DNA of 64,000 bases from Candidatus Adlerbacteria bacterium (GCA_043784925.1 JAYVXU010000058.1:1171-65170), one strand, 5' to 3'; positions 18,554-29,016 are shown, counted from the first letter of the stretch. The notes: a model not told the origin generated them from the sequence alone. Program-made: numbers and translations.

Positions 18554-19645
18554 TTAGAAAAGCCTTGTCTGTTCTATTACTCCTCCTCCTATACATCGTG
18601 AGCCTCCATGAGGCTCTGATTTGTATAACACGAGCGATTGGCCAAGTGGAATATAGTGCGGCTCATGCAAAGTAACAACACCCTTCGACTTTGAAATAGT
18701 TAGAGTTGCTGGAATTAATTTTTGCCTGTATCTATACCGAGATTCGTATGTTCCTGAAGTTATCTTTCCAATCCAGTTGCATTCAGCTAACTGAACTTCT
18801 GTTCGTATAGCGTTTTGAGGAAAAGGATTTTTTGCTACAACCAGGGTATTGGTTTTGATATTTTTTTCTATAACAAACCACGGTGTGGAGTGCTCCGTAG
18901 ATGAGTCAATTAAAAAGCCATGCCGTTGCCCGAGGGTATATAATTGCGCGCCTCTATGTGTACCCAAAACAACTCCTTCTTCACTCACAACACCACCCTC
19001 TTTGGGGTGTAGTTCTTGAGTCAGCATGTCGTCCATAGAAATAGGACCAAGAAAACATAAGCCCTGGCTATCCTTCCGCTCTGCGTTTGGTAAATTATAT
19101 TTTCGGGCGAGTTGTCGCACAGTCGGCTTATCTTTGTCTCCAACGGGAAAGAGGGTGTATTTCAACAGTTCTTCTTTTACCATCCATAAAAAATAAGTTT
19201 GGTCCTTTTGGGTATCAACGCTAGCGTAAAGTTCAGTACCCCCGGCAGTTTTTTTTAATTGGGCATAATGCCCAGTTGCCACAAAGTCCGCCCCTGCCCC
19301 CCTGGCATATTCAAAAAATAATCCAAACTTAATTTCTTTATTGCACAATGTGTCAGGGTTCGGGGTCAAACCTCCTGCATATTCTCGAAGTGTATACTCA
19401 AAAACTTTTTTTGTGTACTCTGCCGACAAATCAATTTCTTGAAAAGGAATACGCAAATGTGCTGCAACGCGCATCGCTTCCTGTCTGTCTGTAACTGCAG
19501 TGCAAGGGTATCCAGGAATGGTAATTTTAATAAATACTCCTGTAACCTGATATCCCTGGCGCACGAGTAGCGCTGCACAAACCGCAGAGTCTACTCCTCC
19601 TGAGAGTCCAACATAAACATTTTGGTCGTGGCTGCGTAGTGTCAT
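18554..19645 (-). CDS. mnmA: tRNA 2-thiouridine(34) synthase MnmA
   Basis: PP-loop GLSGGVDSAV. Full-length MnmA pattern with catalytic Cys residues. Confidence 0.93.
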   Translation of the reverse strand: MTLRSHDQNVYVGLSGGVDSAVCAALLVRQGYQVTGVFIKITIPGYPCTAVTDRQEAMRVAAHLRIPFQEIDLSAEYTKKVFEYTLREYAGGLTPNPDTLCNKEIKFGLFFEYARGAGADFVATGHYAQLKKTAGGTELYASVDTQKDQTYFLWMVKEELLKYTLFPVGDKDKPTVRQLARKYNLPNAERKDSQGLCFLGPISMDDMLTQELHPKEGGVVSEEGVVLGTHRGAQLYTLGQRHGFLIDSSTEHSTPWFVIEKNIKTNTLVVAKNPFPQNAIRTEVQLAECNWIGKITSGTYESRYRYRQKLIPATLTISKSKGVVTLHEPHYIPLGQSLVLYKSEPHGGSRCIGGGVIEQTRLF

Positions 19646-19699
19646 AGGTACGTTATACCCCGATTATATTTTGTTGCAATGCGCACTCGTCTAAGAGTA

Positions 19700-20752
19700 C
19701 TAATTATTTAAATATTTTTTTTGATTAGCCAGTTGCTCTGTATAGGTTTCGCTAAAATGAAAGTTGCTCTGCATATCAGAGAGATAAAATAAATACTTCG
19801 TTTTAATTGGGGTAACGGCGGCCAATAGAGACGAGACGCCGGGGTTTGCTATAGGGCCTGCGGGGAGACCTTTGTTGGTATAGGTATTATAGGGTGAACT
19901 AGTTCGCAGGTCTGAGCGTGTTAATTGGAAGGTATTTTTGCCGATAATGTAGGGAAATACGGCATCAACCTGGAGGGGCATGTGGATTGAAATACGCTTC
20001 CATAATATACCTGCAATAATTTGTCGGTCATGCGTGTTATTAGCTTCCTTTTCGAGCAGGGAGGCCATGGTAACTATGTCGGCTAAAGGTAAGCCCGAAG
20101 TTGCTATTGCTTGAGCCAGAGTGGGCTCGCTAATTTTCTTTTTAAAATTTTCTTCAAGAGCTTCAATCACAAGTAGTGGGTCTTCGCCCGGAACAAAAAA
20201 GTATGTATCAGGGAATAAGTACCCTTCTTTCGGCACTGCGATGTCCAAGAACGCAGTCTTATCAAAGTCAGGAATTTTTCGAGCCAGTATGTCCGCCATT
20301 TGGAATGTGTTTATGCCCTCCGGTAGAGTAACTTTAAAGGGAATTAATTCAAAATCGCCTCTTGCAAACCTTCGCGCAAGTGTAACGACCGACTGAGACT
20401 CTGGAAAGAAGTACTCTCCATCTCGAGTGGAAGTACTAACGCCATATTTGTGTGATAGATATATAAAAATTTTAGTCGAGCGTATAATGTGCTTTTCTTT
20501 GAGGCGAAGCGCGACCGTTTCTACTGATTCATTTTTATGTACCTTAAATAATGTTGCGCTTGGGAAATCAAGCGGAGGGGTAAGGGTTAAAAAATATACC
20601 AAAAAACACAGCACTCCAAACAAAAAAGCGGTTGGGAGAAGGCGGTCATACAGTCGCCAAGTTCGGCAGGACTCATCACAGACACCGCTTTGCTTAAAAA
20701 TGTGGAGGTGAAAGCGTCTCTTTTGCGGTGGTTGTTGATTGTTTGGAGGCAT
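19700..20752 (-). CDS. mltG: Endolytic murein transglycosylase MltG (YceG-like)
   Basis: N-terminal TM, ASLLEKEA, SPYNTYTNKGLPAGPIANPG signature. Confidence 0.9.
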   Translation of the reverse strand: MPPNNQQPPQKRRFHLHIFKQSGVCDESCRTWRLYDRLLPTAFLFGVLCFLVYFLTLTPPLDFPSATLFKVHKNESVETVALRLKEKHIIRSTKIFIYLSHKYGVSTSTRDGEYFFPESQSVVTLARRFARGDFELIPFKVTLPEGINTFQMADILARKIPDFDKTAFLDIAVPKEGYLFPDTYFFVPGEDPLLVIEALEENFKKKISEPTLAQAIATSGLPLADIVTMASLLEKEANNTHDRQIIAGILWKRISIHMPLQVDAVFPYIIGKNTFQLTRSDLRTSSPYNTYTNKGLPAGPIANPGVSSLLAAVTPIKTKYLFYLSDMQSNFHFSETYTEQLANQKKYLNN

Positions 20753-20772
20753 GGTGGGTATAAGAAGAATGA

Positions 20773-22143
20773 TTACTCCCCTGTTGGTAGATTGCCTGGA
20801 GCTTCAGAGCTTCGAGACGGTACCCGGTTAAGGCCTGGAGTTTGAATACCGGAACTTGGGAAGTGCCATATGGTCGCTATTTCTTCGGTGTTCATAAACA
20901 CCGGAGTTTGGTCATAAGGAACATAAAAATACCCGCGGTTTTTATAGTGAAAGAAAAGATTTTCTTTTGCAATATTGTTTCTAATTTTTTTAAAATCTTG
21001 CCAAGGATAGTCAAAATTTACCAGAGGCCCTGACACGCCAAGCGCATTATATTCTCGGCTACTATCGTGACCCTTAAACGCGTCAAAAAATCGAATAATG
21101 GCTCCTGCATTAATCCCAACAAAATTTTCTTTCTTGGCGAGGTAGGCTACACGCACACCGCACTCAAACACAAGTTTTGACATCGACCGTTCAATCTGGT
21201 CAATACGTCGCTTCTCAGATTCACTTAAAAGAGTCTGACCTCGAGCAGCGACTTTTTTTGCTTCAGCTGGGTCGCCCACCAAGCCGGCAGTCCGTTTTGC
21301 TGCATCTTCAATTGTTTTTTTGATTATATCTTTTGCTGTGTCTTTGTACTCATCTTTCGTTTTGTCGCGAATGCCGTACCATTCGGACTCATCGCGACGA
21401 GCTTTGAGTATTATTTGCATCCAAAAGTGCTCATTTTTACCAATTTGGGCAAACAACTCCAAAATACTGCTTATGGGGTCAACCTTGAACTCCTCTTTTG
21501 GGTCTTTATCAAGCCCGTAGTCAATGTAAGTTTTGATGGGAAGAGCGTTTGGATTGCCTTTGCGGTATTCACAACCAAAAATATCGTACTCTTTTAAATT
21601 AAAAGGAATACGGGAGGCATAGTCATCTACTTGAAACACTTTTGCGTCAGGAAATTGTGCATATAGTCTTGCTTCCACTATATTACGCCAAGGGCTTCGA
21701 AGATGAATATAATATCCTATGCGTCCTTCGTTACTTGCAATTTCTAAAGCCCAAATTGGCCTGTAACTCCCCTTCCATACTCTTGCAATAAAGGTCGTCT
21801 CCCCGCCAGAGTTCCAAAATGTTGCTAAAAACGTTTCCATAGCAAGGGGTGACTTCGTTACTTCAAGTGGAAGTTGCACTTCAAGTAAAATATAATCTTG
21901 TGAAAACCAAAACATAAACCGAATATAGTCTATCCACGAAATCCAAAAATACACTACTAAGTATATAGGCATCCAAACAGGAGACATGGCAACGAGCATC
22001 GCCATGGCAGAAGAAAGAGTGAGAGGGTCATAGCTATCAACAACAAAAAGAAAACCAACAAACAAAAATGGCATTACAACCATTGGTTCAAACTTCCAAC
22101 TGTTTAGATAGTCTGTAATACTATGACCAACTGAATACCACAT
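20773..22143 (-). CDS. Hypothetical polytopic membrane protein with large soluble C-terminal domain
   Basis: 456 aa. About 3 N-terminal TM helices. No motif recognised. Confidence 0.6.
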   Translation of the reverse strand: MWYSVGHSITDYLNSWKFEPMVVMPFLFVGFLFVVDSYDPLTLSSAMAMLVAMSPVWMPIYLVVYFWISWIDYIRFMFWFSQDYILLEVQLPLEVTKSPLAMETFLATFWNSGGETTFIARVWKGSYRPIWALEIASNEGRIGYYIHLRSPWRNIVEARLYAQFPDAKVFQVDDYASRIPFNLKEYDIFGCEYRKGNPNALPIKTYIDYGLDKDPKEEFKVDPISSILELFAQIGKNEHFWMQIILKARRDESEWYGIRDKTKDEYKDTAKDIIKKTIEDAAKRTAGLVGDPAEAKKVAARGQTLLSESEKRRIDQIERSMSKLVFECGVRVAYLAKKENFVGINAGAIIRFFDAFKGHDSSREYNALGVSGPLVNFDYPWQDFKKIRNNIAKENLFFHYKNRGYFYVPYDQTPVFMNTEEIATIWHFPSSGIQTPGLNRVPSRSSEAPGNLPTGE

Positions 22144-22181
22144 CGTATGATTATGATATAGTATACAACAAGATTTTTACT

Positions 22182-22544
22182 ATGATTGATTTCTTATATT
22201 GGATATTTGCTAACCCTCTCTTTTGTGTAGGTTCAGTTATTGCATTTGTGGCCTGTATCGGTTTTCTTATTTTTTTGCGAGGAGTGTTGCTTGGTATTAC
22301 CCAAGTTTTTTACCTCGACGGACACGACGAACATGTGGGGCACGCCAGAGTAAACTCCGTGTGGGGAGTTGTTATTATGGTCAACATGTTTGCGCTTTGG
22401 GTACTAATTCGTGGCGTGGCGACAGTACTCAACTTCGACCACGCGAATTTGCCTGCAACAGGAAAAATCCTTGTTGCGTATGCTATTTTAGTATTTATCG
22501 CCTACTACAAAGAGTGGGCGTTTGCTAAGGGTGGACACCATTAG
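22182..22544 (+). CDS. Hypothetical small membrane protein
   Basis: 120 aa, about 4 TM helices. Divergent from 20773-22143. Confidence 0.5.
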   Translation: MIDFLYWIFANPLFCVGSVIAFVACIGFLIFLRGVLLGITQVFYLDGHDEHVGHARVNSVWGVVIMVNMFALWVLIRGVATVLNFDHANLPATGKILVAYAILVFIAYYKEWAFAKGGHH

Positions 22545-22554
22545 CTCCTATCCA

Positions 22555-23598
22555 TTATTTTACTACAGTAAATTTCCCGTCTTTAGCCTTTTTAAAATAT
22601 TTTTGGTTTTGGAGATTGACCACAATCGTGCCAGCTTTCACATGACGCTCCTTCAAAACTTTTTCGATTATTTCGTCTTTAGACATAGGTCCTTTGTCGC
22701 GCAGAACTTCGCGAATAACATCTCGAACTACACCTGAGGTGTATCCCCACTCTTTAAGAGCGTACATACCTCGTCCTACCAAAACAAAGCGACCATCTTT
22801 AATAAGTTCATTGTGAGTAGTTGCAATATGAGCTTTGCGGTTGAAAGTCTTCTCGATCAATTGAGCTACTTCTCGAAAATGCAAAGGACTTCCATGCTTT
22901 TTGACAGCCAAGTATGCATAGTCACGTACACCTTTTGTTTTAACATTTGGAGAAGCTGCATGACCCCACTCTCCTAAGGGATTTTTACCGATATTTTTGG
23001 AAATAGACAGCCAGCGTTTAAGCACTTCTTCGTTCCTGTATTTATTGTTGATGTTTTCAAGTTCTTTCAAAAAACGATCAATCATTTCTCCTTCAGGAAT
23101 AAGCTCTTCGTCTGAGAGTCCTTTGTAAAGCTTTTGCAGAGCTACTTGCACGTTTTCAGCAAGTTCGTGATCAACGTACCAGCAGCGCTCTGTCTCCTCG
23201 TCTTCTTTACGGTATTTAAAAGGATCACCTAATACGAGGAGGAAGTAGATGTTATTTTGCATGCTTTTGTCTTTCGACATAAACGCTAGCAAATCCTCTT
23301 CACACACAATACCTCCGAGCGAATCTATAACACGCTCGAGCTCTTGAAAGGCTACATGAGCCTCTCCAAAGGCAGGGGATTTTTTGAGCGAGGTTAGAGC
23401 GTGATTTTCGATCTGGCGCACACGTTCGCGGGTAATATCATAGCGCTTCCCTATAGACTCTAGAGTCACTCTTTCGGGTGATACTCCGAGACCAAAACGT
23501 GCCTCCAGGACGATACGGGATCGCTCGGGAAGTGAAGTTAGAAGTCGTTTTACAATTGCTTTTGGTTTGAACCCTGTTTTATCGGCTATTTGTTGCAT
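22555..23598 (-). CDS. Sigma-70 region-4 HTH protein with C-terminal HARE-HTH-like domain
   Basis: LPERSRIVLEARFGL...LESIGKRYDITRERVRQIENHAL is sigma region 4. The C-terminus (HFREVAQLIEK...FVLVGRGMYALKEWGY) resembles the HARE-HTH/RpoE-delta N-terminal domain. Confidence 0.75.
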   Translation of the reverse strand: MQQIADKTGFKPKAIVKRLLTSLPERSRIVLEARFGLGVSPERVTLESIGKRYDITRERVRQIENHALTSLKKSPAFGEAHVAFQELERVIDSLGGIVCEEDLLAFMSKDKSMQNNIYFLLVLGDPFKYRKEDEETERCWYVDHELAENVQVALQKLYKGLSDEELIPEGEMIDRFLKELENINNKYRNEEVLKRWLSISKNIGKNPLGEWGHAASPNVKTKGVRDYAYLAVKKHGSPLHFREVAQLIEKTFNRKAHIATTHNELIKDGRFVLVGRGMYALKEWGYTSGVVRDVIREVLRDKGPMSKDEIIEKVLKERHVKAGTIVVNLQNQKYFKKAKDGKFTVVK

Positions 23599-23683
23599 AA
23601 TTTATTCCTTATTTGTAGCACATGATACTTCTCTGGTCAATTCTTGTCAAATCTCCAAAAGGTTTGCCTTTCGTTAATTGTGA

Positions 23684-26599
23684 CTAGCCTTTTTCAGGGA
23701 TTCCTACAAAATTAATAATTTTTCCCGGTATATAAATAACTTTTTGTACAACCATTCCTTGTAACCAGGGTGCTATTTTAACGTCCTCCATAACTTTCCT
23801 CTCCACTTCTTCTCGGGGAGTACCTACAGAGACACTAAGGGTGCCGCGGACCTTACCATTAACTTGCACGGCTGTGACAGCATTGTCGGACCGGAGTTTT
23901 GACTCTTCAAATAGGGGCCACGGTGAAGTATGGATTGATTCTGGATCACTCAAGCGCTCCCAGAGCTCCTCAGTTGTATGCGGGGCAAAAGGTGCAAGTA
24001 ATTGAAGAAACAGTTTCCACTGATTTGTGCCTATACTCCCTTCTTTTTCAATAGCATTAAGGAAAATCATCAACTGGCTGACTGCAGTATTAAATTTAAA
24101 AGCCTCAATGTCGTTTGTTACTTTTTTTATAGTTTGATGCAATAGTGCAGTCAAAGAAGGAACATCCGCGGGCTTTAAAGTATCAGAAGTGCCAATACGC
24201 CATATACGCTCTACAAATCGTGTAGTACCTGCGATCGAAGCCGTGCTCCATGCTACTGTATTTTCAAAAGGGCCCATAAACATTTCGTATACTCGAAATG
24301 CGTCGGCTCCGTAGTTTGCAACAACTTCTGTTGGGTTTATAACATTCCCATAGCGCTTGCTCATTTTCCTCCCATCTTCAGCCAAGATAAAACCTAAAAA
24401 CTCTAAGCGTGAAAAGGGTTCGATAGTGCTCACCACTTGAATGTCATATAAAAATTTGTGCCAAAAACGTGCATAAATTAAATGACGCACAGCGTGGTCG
24501 CCACCAACGTAGACGTCAACTGGTGCCCAGTATTTTTCTTTTATGGGGTCAACTACATGGGAAGTGTTGCCCGGGTCCATAAAGCGCAAGTAATACCAGG
24601 ATGACCCGGCCCACTGTGGCATAGTGTTTGTTTCGCGTTTTGCCGGGCCGCCACAGGTTGGACACGTAGTATTGACCCACTCGGTAATAGTGGCTAGTGG
24701 TGACTCCCCTGTGCCACTAGGCTCATAAGAGCTCACTTCAGGCAATAACACCGGCAATTGACTCTCAGGGACCCCCACAGCGCCGTCTTTGGGGCAATGA
24801 ATGATAGGTATAGGTTCACCCCAATAACGCTGGCGTGAGAAAACCCAGTCTTTGAGTTTGTAAGTGGAAGTCATTTTACCGCCCACAAAATCGATTATTT
24901 TTGACTTTGCTTCTTCTGTTGAGAGCCCGTCAAATTGTCCCGAGTTTGTAAGTATACCGGGACCAGTATAGGTAAGTGATTCTCCTTTTTTTAAAAATTC
25001 AAGAATATACGGCATTTCAGCATGACGCATTGTGTTCTCTTCTAATTCTTCAATGCGTAGCCACCCTGCCTCATGTTGATTTTTTTCTTCAGGTGCAATT
25101 TCCTGCTGGAACTCGTTTTCAAGTTCAAAAAGAAGTATTGAACATTGCGCCTTTCTATTTTCGTCTTTATGTCCGGCAAAAAACTCAGTCCATGTGTCGA
25201 AGCCAATAGTCCGCACAAAACGAATATTTGTGTACCCCGTTTCTTCCGCAATTTCTCGTCGTGCTCCTTCAATAGGATCTTCTTCTTTTTCAATACCTCC
25301 TGTCACAAAGGTTTTCCATGACCACTCCTTCCAAGAGAGTGTTAAATATTTTTTTTGCTTTGGATCGTATACTATTGCAAGAATAATTCGCCTTTCAATG
25401 GTCTTCTTGCCTTCTCGTGGAGGATTGCCTGCGTCAATAAGATGAGGCATGACAACAAGTGTAACGGGAAGATCAAATTTTTTTGCAAATTCGAAGTCTC
25501 GCTCGTCGTGGGCAGGTACCGCCATAATTGCCCCGGTGCCATAGCCGCCAAGCACATAGTCTGCAACGAACATAGGTATTTCTTTTTTAGTTGCAGGATT
25601 AATAGCAACTACGCCTTTGAGCTCTACTCCTGTTTTCTCTTTATTTTCTCCACGTTCAATTTCGGTTTTTTTTGCCGTTTCTCCCACGTATTTTCGAACC
25701 TCTTCTTTATTTTCTAAAACATCATGTGCCTGGTTTATGGAAAGTGTGACCCAAGGATGCTCGGGAGCAAGTACGAGGTAGGTTGCTCCAAACAAAGTGT
25801 CAGGACGTGTAGTAAACACTGTCAGTTGTGCTTTTTCACCTTGAGGACCATGATTTTCGTTAGCTTCTGGGGTTTTTTTGAAAAAAAGCTCAAAGGAAAT
25901 TTCTGCACCCTCACTTTTCCCTATCCAATTTCGCTGCGCAGTTTTTATGTGTTCTGGCCACTGTAGTGTGCTGAGGTCTTCCAGCATACGGTCTGCATAG
26001 TCTGTAATTCGAAGCACCCATTGAGGAAGGCGCTTTTTCTCTACCACGCTGCCACAGCGCTCGCACTCATTCCCATCGAGATCTTCGTTTGCTAAACCCG
26101 TTAAACACGATGGGCACCAATTAATAGGCTCATTAGACTGATATGCTAAACCTTTTTTGTAGAGTTGGAGGAAAATCCACTGGGTCCATTTGTAATATTC
26201 GGGGTCTGTCGTATTTATCTCACGCCCCCAATCATAATCAAATCCAATACCTTCTAACTGCTCTTTAAAAGTTGCAATATTTTTCTCAACTGCAACTCTT
26301 GGGTGTACTTTATTTTTGATAGCATAATTTTCAGCAGGCAAACCAAAAGCATCCCAACCCATTGGGTGGAGTACGTTGTGGCCTTGCATGCGCTTCATGC
26401 GAGAGTATATGTCCGTTGCAATATAGCCCTTAGGGTGTCCTACGTGGAGTCCCTCACCCGACGGGTATGGGAACATGTCAAGTACATACGTTTTAGGTTT
26501 GCTCGGGTCTTCTTTTGTTTTGTATATTTTTGACTCAGTCCAGCGGGTTTGCCACTTCTTTTCTATTTTTTTATGGTCATACCGCTCGCTCATGGTCAT
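23684..26599 (-). CDS. leuS: Leucine--tRNA ligase carrying an inserted Nudix hydrolase domain (971 aa)
   Basis: HVGH, KMSKR, editing-domain TTRPDT and AVPAHDERDFEFA. A roughly 150-aa insert with a perfect Nudix box GGIEKEEDPIEGARREIAEETGY lies between the editing domain and GILTNSGQFDGL. Confidence 0.95.
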   Translation of the reverse strand: MTMSERYDHKKIEKKWQTRWTESKIYKTKEDPSKPKTYVLDMFPYPSGEGLHVGHPKGYIATDIYSRMKRMQGHNVLHPMGWDAFGLPAENYAIKNKVHPRVAVEKNIATFKEQLEGIGFDYDWGREINTTDPEYYKWTQWIFLQLYKKGLAYQSNEPINWCPSCLTGLANEDLDGNECERCGSVVEKKRLPQWVLRITDYADRMLEDLSTLQWPEHIKTAQRNWIGKSEGAEISFELFFKKTPEANENHGPQGEKAQLTVFTTRPDTLFGATYLVLAPEHPWVTLSINQAHDVLENKEEVRKYVGETAKKTEIERGENKEKTGVELKGVVAINPATKKEIPMFVADYVLGGYGTGAIMAVPAHDERDFEFAKKFDLPVTLVVMPHLIDAGNPPREGKKTIERRIILAIVYDPKQKKYLTLSWKEWSWKTFVTGGIEKEEDPIEGARREIAEETGYTNIRFVRTIGFDTWTEFFAGHKDENRKAQCSILLFELENEFQQEIAPEEKNQHEAGWLRIEELEENTMRHAEMPYILEFLKKGESLTYTGPGILTNSGQFDGLSTEEAKSKIIDFVGGKMTSTYKLKDWVFSRQRYWGEPIPIIHCPKDGAVGVPESQLPVLLPEVSSYEPSGTGESPLATITEWVNTTCPTCGGPAKRETNTMPQWAGSSWYYLRFMDPGNTSHVVDPIKEKYWAPVDVYVGGDHAVRHLIYARFWHKFLYDIQVVSTIEPFSRLEFLGFILAEDGRKMSKRYGNVINPTEVVANYGADAFRVYEMFMGPFENTVAWSTASIAGTTRFVERIWRIGTSDTLKPADVPSLTALLHQTIKKVTNDIEAFKFNTAVSQLMIFLNAIEKEGSIGTNQWKLFLQLLAPFAPHTTEELWERLSDPESIHTSPWPLFEESKLRSDNAVTAVQVNGKVRGTLSVSVGTPREEVERKVMEDVKIAPWLQGMVVQKVIYIPGKIINFVGIPEKG

Positions 26600-26629
26600 A
26601 CGATACCACTAATTTAAACAAAAGAAAGG

Positions 26630-27622
26630 TTACCGTGTTGGAGGAGATGGTATTTTTGAATTCGCAGGAGGATAGCGCTCTGGGTCGATTGTTCGCGTAA
26701 AGCACACACGGCCGGCGCCATGTTGCCAACTAATGTTACCTTTTATGCCGCTTGTGTCGGGATAGATATAATCAACTGCTTCATTTGGACCAAGAGTTCT
26801 TGTTGTTCGTGTCTCTTTATTAAAGTTCGCGCACAGACCAAATAGAGGCGTATCAGAACCACTGCCGTCCGTCACGCTGTACTCATATGGCTTCCCTGTT
26901 TGGGGGTCAGACGGAAGTTTAAAATACGATACTGGGTCGGCAAGCTCAGATAGATTTGCAGGCAATCTTTGCTTGAGTTGGTAGTAATTCACAATTTGAT
27001 ACTGGATACTTTGTAGGTCAGTTATTTTTTGCTCATCGAAACGGTACAGCCTTGCCGACTGAGGTGTGCCAACAATAAAGAACCCTGCCACAACCGTGAG
27101 AAGCGCGAGTACACCAACCCCGACCGAGACCGTTCTTTGTCGTGAGGGGTAGGTGTTCCAGTATCCCCAAAAGTCTGCTATGAAGTGCATGAAAGTTACT
27201 ACTGCAACAAGAAGGACAACAAGAACTTTTAAGATAAATGCGAGGGTGATTTCTTCACCACGAAGAAAGGTCGTGAGTAAAAGAATGAGATCGACAGCAA
27301 CTGTTAGGCCAGCTATAAAAAGAGTGAAGATGAGTGCCCAGCGGCGAACCCAAATGTCATTTCGTGAGTTGTCACGAGCGACGTCTCGACGGATGACCCA
27401 CATAATGCATAGGTAGATTGGAAAAAGCACAATAAGTGACGCCATCTCATAGGGTATGCCACTTTGATAGGGGTCGGCTGGATAGTACGAGAGCGAATTT
27501 GGAAGGGCGTAGTTTATATATTCAAATACTAGAAAAATAAAAGAAGCAATACTCCAATAAAAAGAGACGATAGCCCCAGCCCACAAAAAGAAATCCTTTG
27601 GCGTCATTTTTGCCTTTTCCAT
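26630..27622 (-). CDS. Polytopic membrane protein, DUF5671-like with pilin-like C-terminal domain
   Basis: 330 aa. Multiple TM helices, then ...RFDEQKITDLQSIQYQIVNYY...LP...DPQTGKPYEY...LCANF. I recognise this pattern from CPR DUF5671 proteins, from memory only. Confidence 0.6.
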   Translation of the reverse strand: MEKAKMTPKDFFLWAGAIVSFYWSIASFIFLVFEYINYALPNSLSYYPADPYQSGIPYEMASLIVLFPIYLCIMWVIRRDVARDNSRNDIWVRRWALIFTLFIAGLTVAVDLILLLTTFLRGEEITLAFILKVLVVLLVAVVTFMHFIADFWGYWNTYPSRQRTVSVGVGVLALLTVVAGFFIVGTPQSARLYRFDEQKITDLQSIQYQIVNYYQLKQRLPANLSELADPVSYFKLPSDPQTGKPYEYSVTDGSGSDTPLFGLCANFNKETRTTRTLGPNEAVDYIYPDTSGIKGNISWQHGAGRVCFTRTIDPERYPPANSKIPSPPTR

Positions 27623-27671
27623 ATTATATTATGTAATACTAAATATGTGGTATAGTATACCATTTATTTTG

Positions 27672-28787
27672 CTAGCTGTGAAGAAATTCCATCACATCTC
27701 CATCCTTCACAACATACTCCTTCCCTTCTGTTCGGACATAGCCTTTTTCTCTGGCTTTGGCATATGAACCTGCTTCGAGTAATTTTTGCCACTCAATGAC
27801 TTCGGCACGAATAAACTTATCTTTAAAATCAGTATGGATCGCTGCTCCTGCCATGGGTGCAGTCGATCCAACTTCAATAGTCCATGCTCGGGTTTCGTCT
27901 GGGCCGGTGGTAAAAAAACTATGCAGTCCCAGTAGTCTGTACCCTGCTTTTATAAGGTCGTTAATACCATCATCAAATACTCCATACTCACGCCTAAACG
28001 CTTCCTTGTCTTCTTGGTGTAACTCGCGGAGTTCGCTTTCCACATTTGCGTCAACGACGACGTAGGATGCCTTATTTTTTTCAATGTATTCCATGAGTTT
28101 GAGCCAGCGACCATCTGTTGTTTCATCAAGATTATGTCCACCTGATTCTCGATTGAGCACATACAGCATCGGCTTCATGGTAAGGAGATGCAAACCCTTA
28201 ATGGCGAATTTCTCCTCTGGCGTCAGGTTTGCTGTTTGTGCTAATTGCCCTTTGAGCAACATATCAAGTGCTTTAGAGACAGCGCTGTGCTCTATCACTA
28301 CCTCCTTAACTCCTCGTTTTACGTCGCGCTCGAGTGAATCGAAACGTTTTTCAGCTGTCTCTACGTCGCCTAACACAAGTTCGAGGTTAATGGTTTCGAT
28401 GTCTCCAACTGGGTCGATGCGGTCATCCACATGCAAAATGCTGGGGTTATCAAATACGCGCACCACTTGTGCAATTGCAGAAACTTCGCGTATATGGGAG
28501 AGAAATTTATTCCCCAATCCTTCGCCCTCACTAGCGCCTTTTACCAAGCCGGCAATATCTACAAACTCAATTGCAGCCGGAATTTTCGTTTTCGACTCCG
28601 AAAACGCGTCGAGCTTGTCGAGACGTTCATCAGGTACTTGCACTACCCCGACAGAGGGGTCAATAGTGGCAAAAGGATAATTTGCCGCTAGCACACTTTT
28701 TTTGGTGAGTGCATTAAAAAGCGTCGATTTTCCGACGTTTGGCAACCCTACTATTCCCATCGATAGTTTTGAATCCGACATATTCAT
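27672..28787 (-). CDS. ychF: Ribosome-binding ATPase YchF
   Basis: GIVGLPNVGKSTLFNALT P-loop. Full-length OBG-HflX-like YchF with a TGS-like C-terminus. Confidence 0.95.
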   Translation of the reverse strand: MNMSDSKLSMGIVGLPNVGKSTLFNALTKKSVLAANYPFATIDPSVGVVQVPDERLDKLDAFSESKTKIPAAIEFVDIAGLVKGASEGEGLGNKFLSHIREVSAIAQVVRVFDNPSILHVDDRIDPVGDIETINLELVLGDVETAEKRFDSLERDVKRGVKEVVIEHSAVSKALDMLLKGQLAQTANLTPEEKFAIKGLHLLTMKPMLYVLNRESGGHNLDETTDGRWLKLMEYIEKNKASYVVVDANVESELRELHQEDKEAFRREYGVFDDGINDLIKAGYRLLGLHSFFTTGPDETRAWTIEVGSTAPMAGAAIHTDFKDKFIRAEVIEWQKLLEAGSYAKAREKGYVRTEGKEYVVKDGDVMEFLHS

Positions 28788-28935
28788 TTACTTGGATAAA
28801 TCCATATATTTGTAGCTTTTCCTGCGTTCCGACGACTTTGTCGACAACACTAATGACTATTGCCCGTTTTTCATTAAAACTCAAGCCCCGGAGAGTTTCG
28901 GTCGCTTTTTTACTGAATGCATCAACGGTGATTTT
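28714..28935 (-). pseudogene. Possible C-terminal remnant of a second large serine recombinase
   Basis: Open frame without a start, directly after a TAG at 28936-28938: KITVDAFSKKATETLRGLSFNEKRAIVISVVDKVVGTQEKLQIYGFIQVNEYV... It resembles recombinase C-terminal tails (memory-based). The frame continues 72 nt into ychF in another frame. Confidence 0.3.
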
Positions 28936-29016
28936 CTATTTTGCATAAATTGTCGGGATACACAAAAGTCAGCCCCTTGTGGACTGGTCTTTGAAAACTT
29001 CAATATATACCCTTAG

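Noticed and set aside
22182-22528. Two overlapping plus-strand ORFs in different frames (120 aa and 101 aa)
   Set aside because: The 101-aa frame is Arg/Cys-rich and non-protein-like. Only the 120-aa multi-TM frame is kept, and that at modest confidence.
28084-28680. 198-aa plus-strand ORF
   Set aside because: It is antisense to ychF, with the Ser-rich composition typical of shadow frames.
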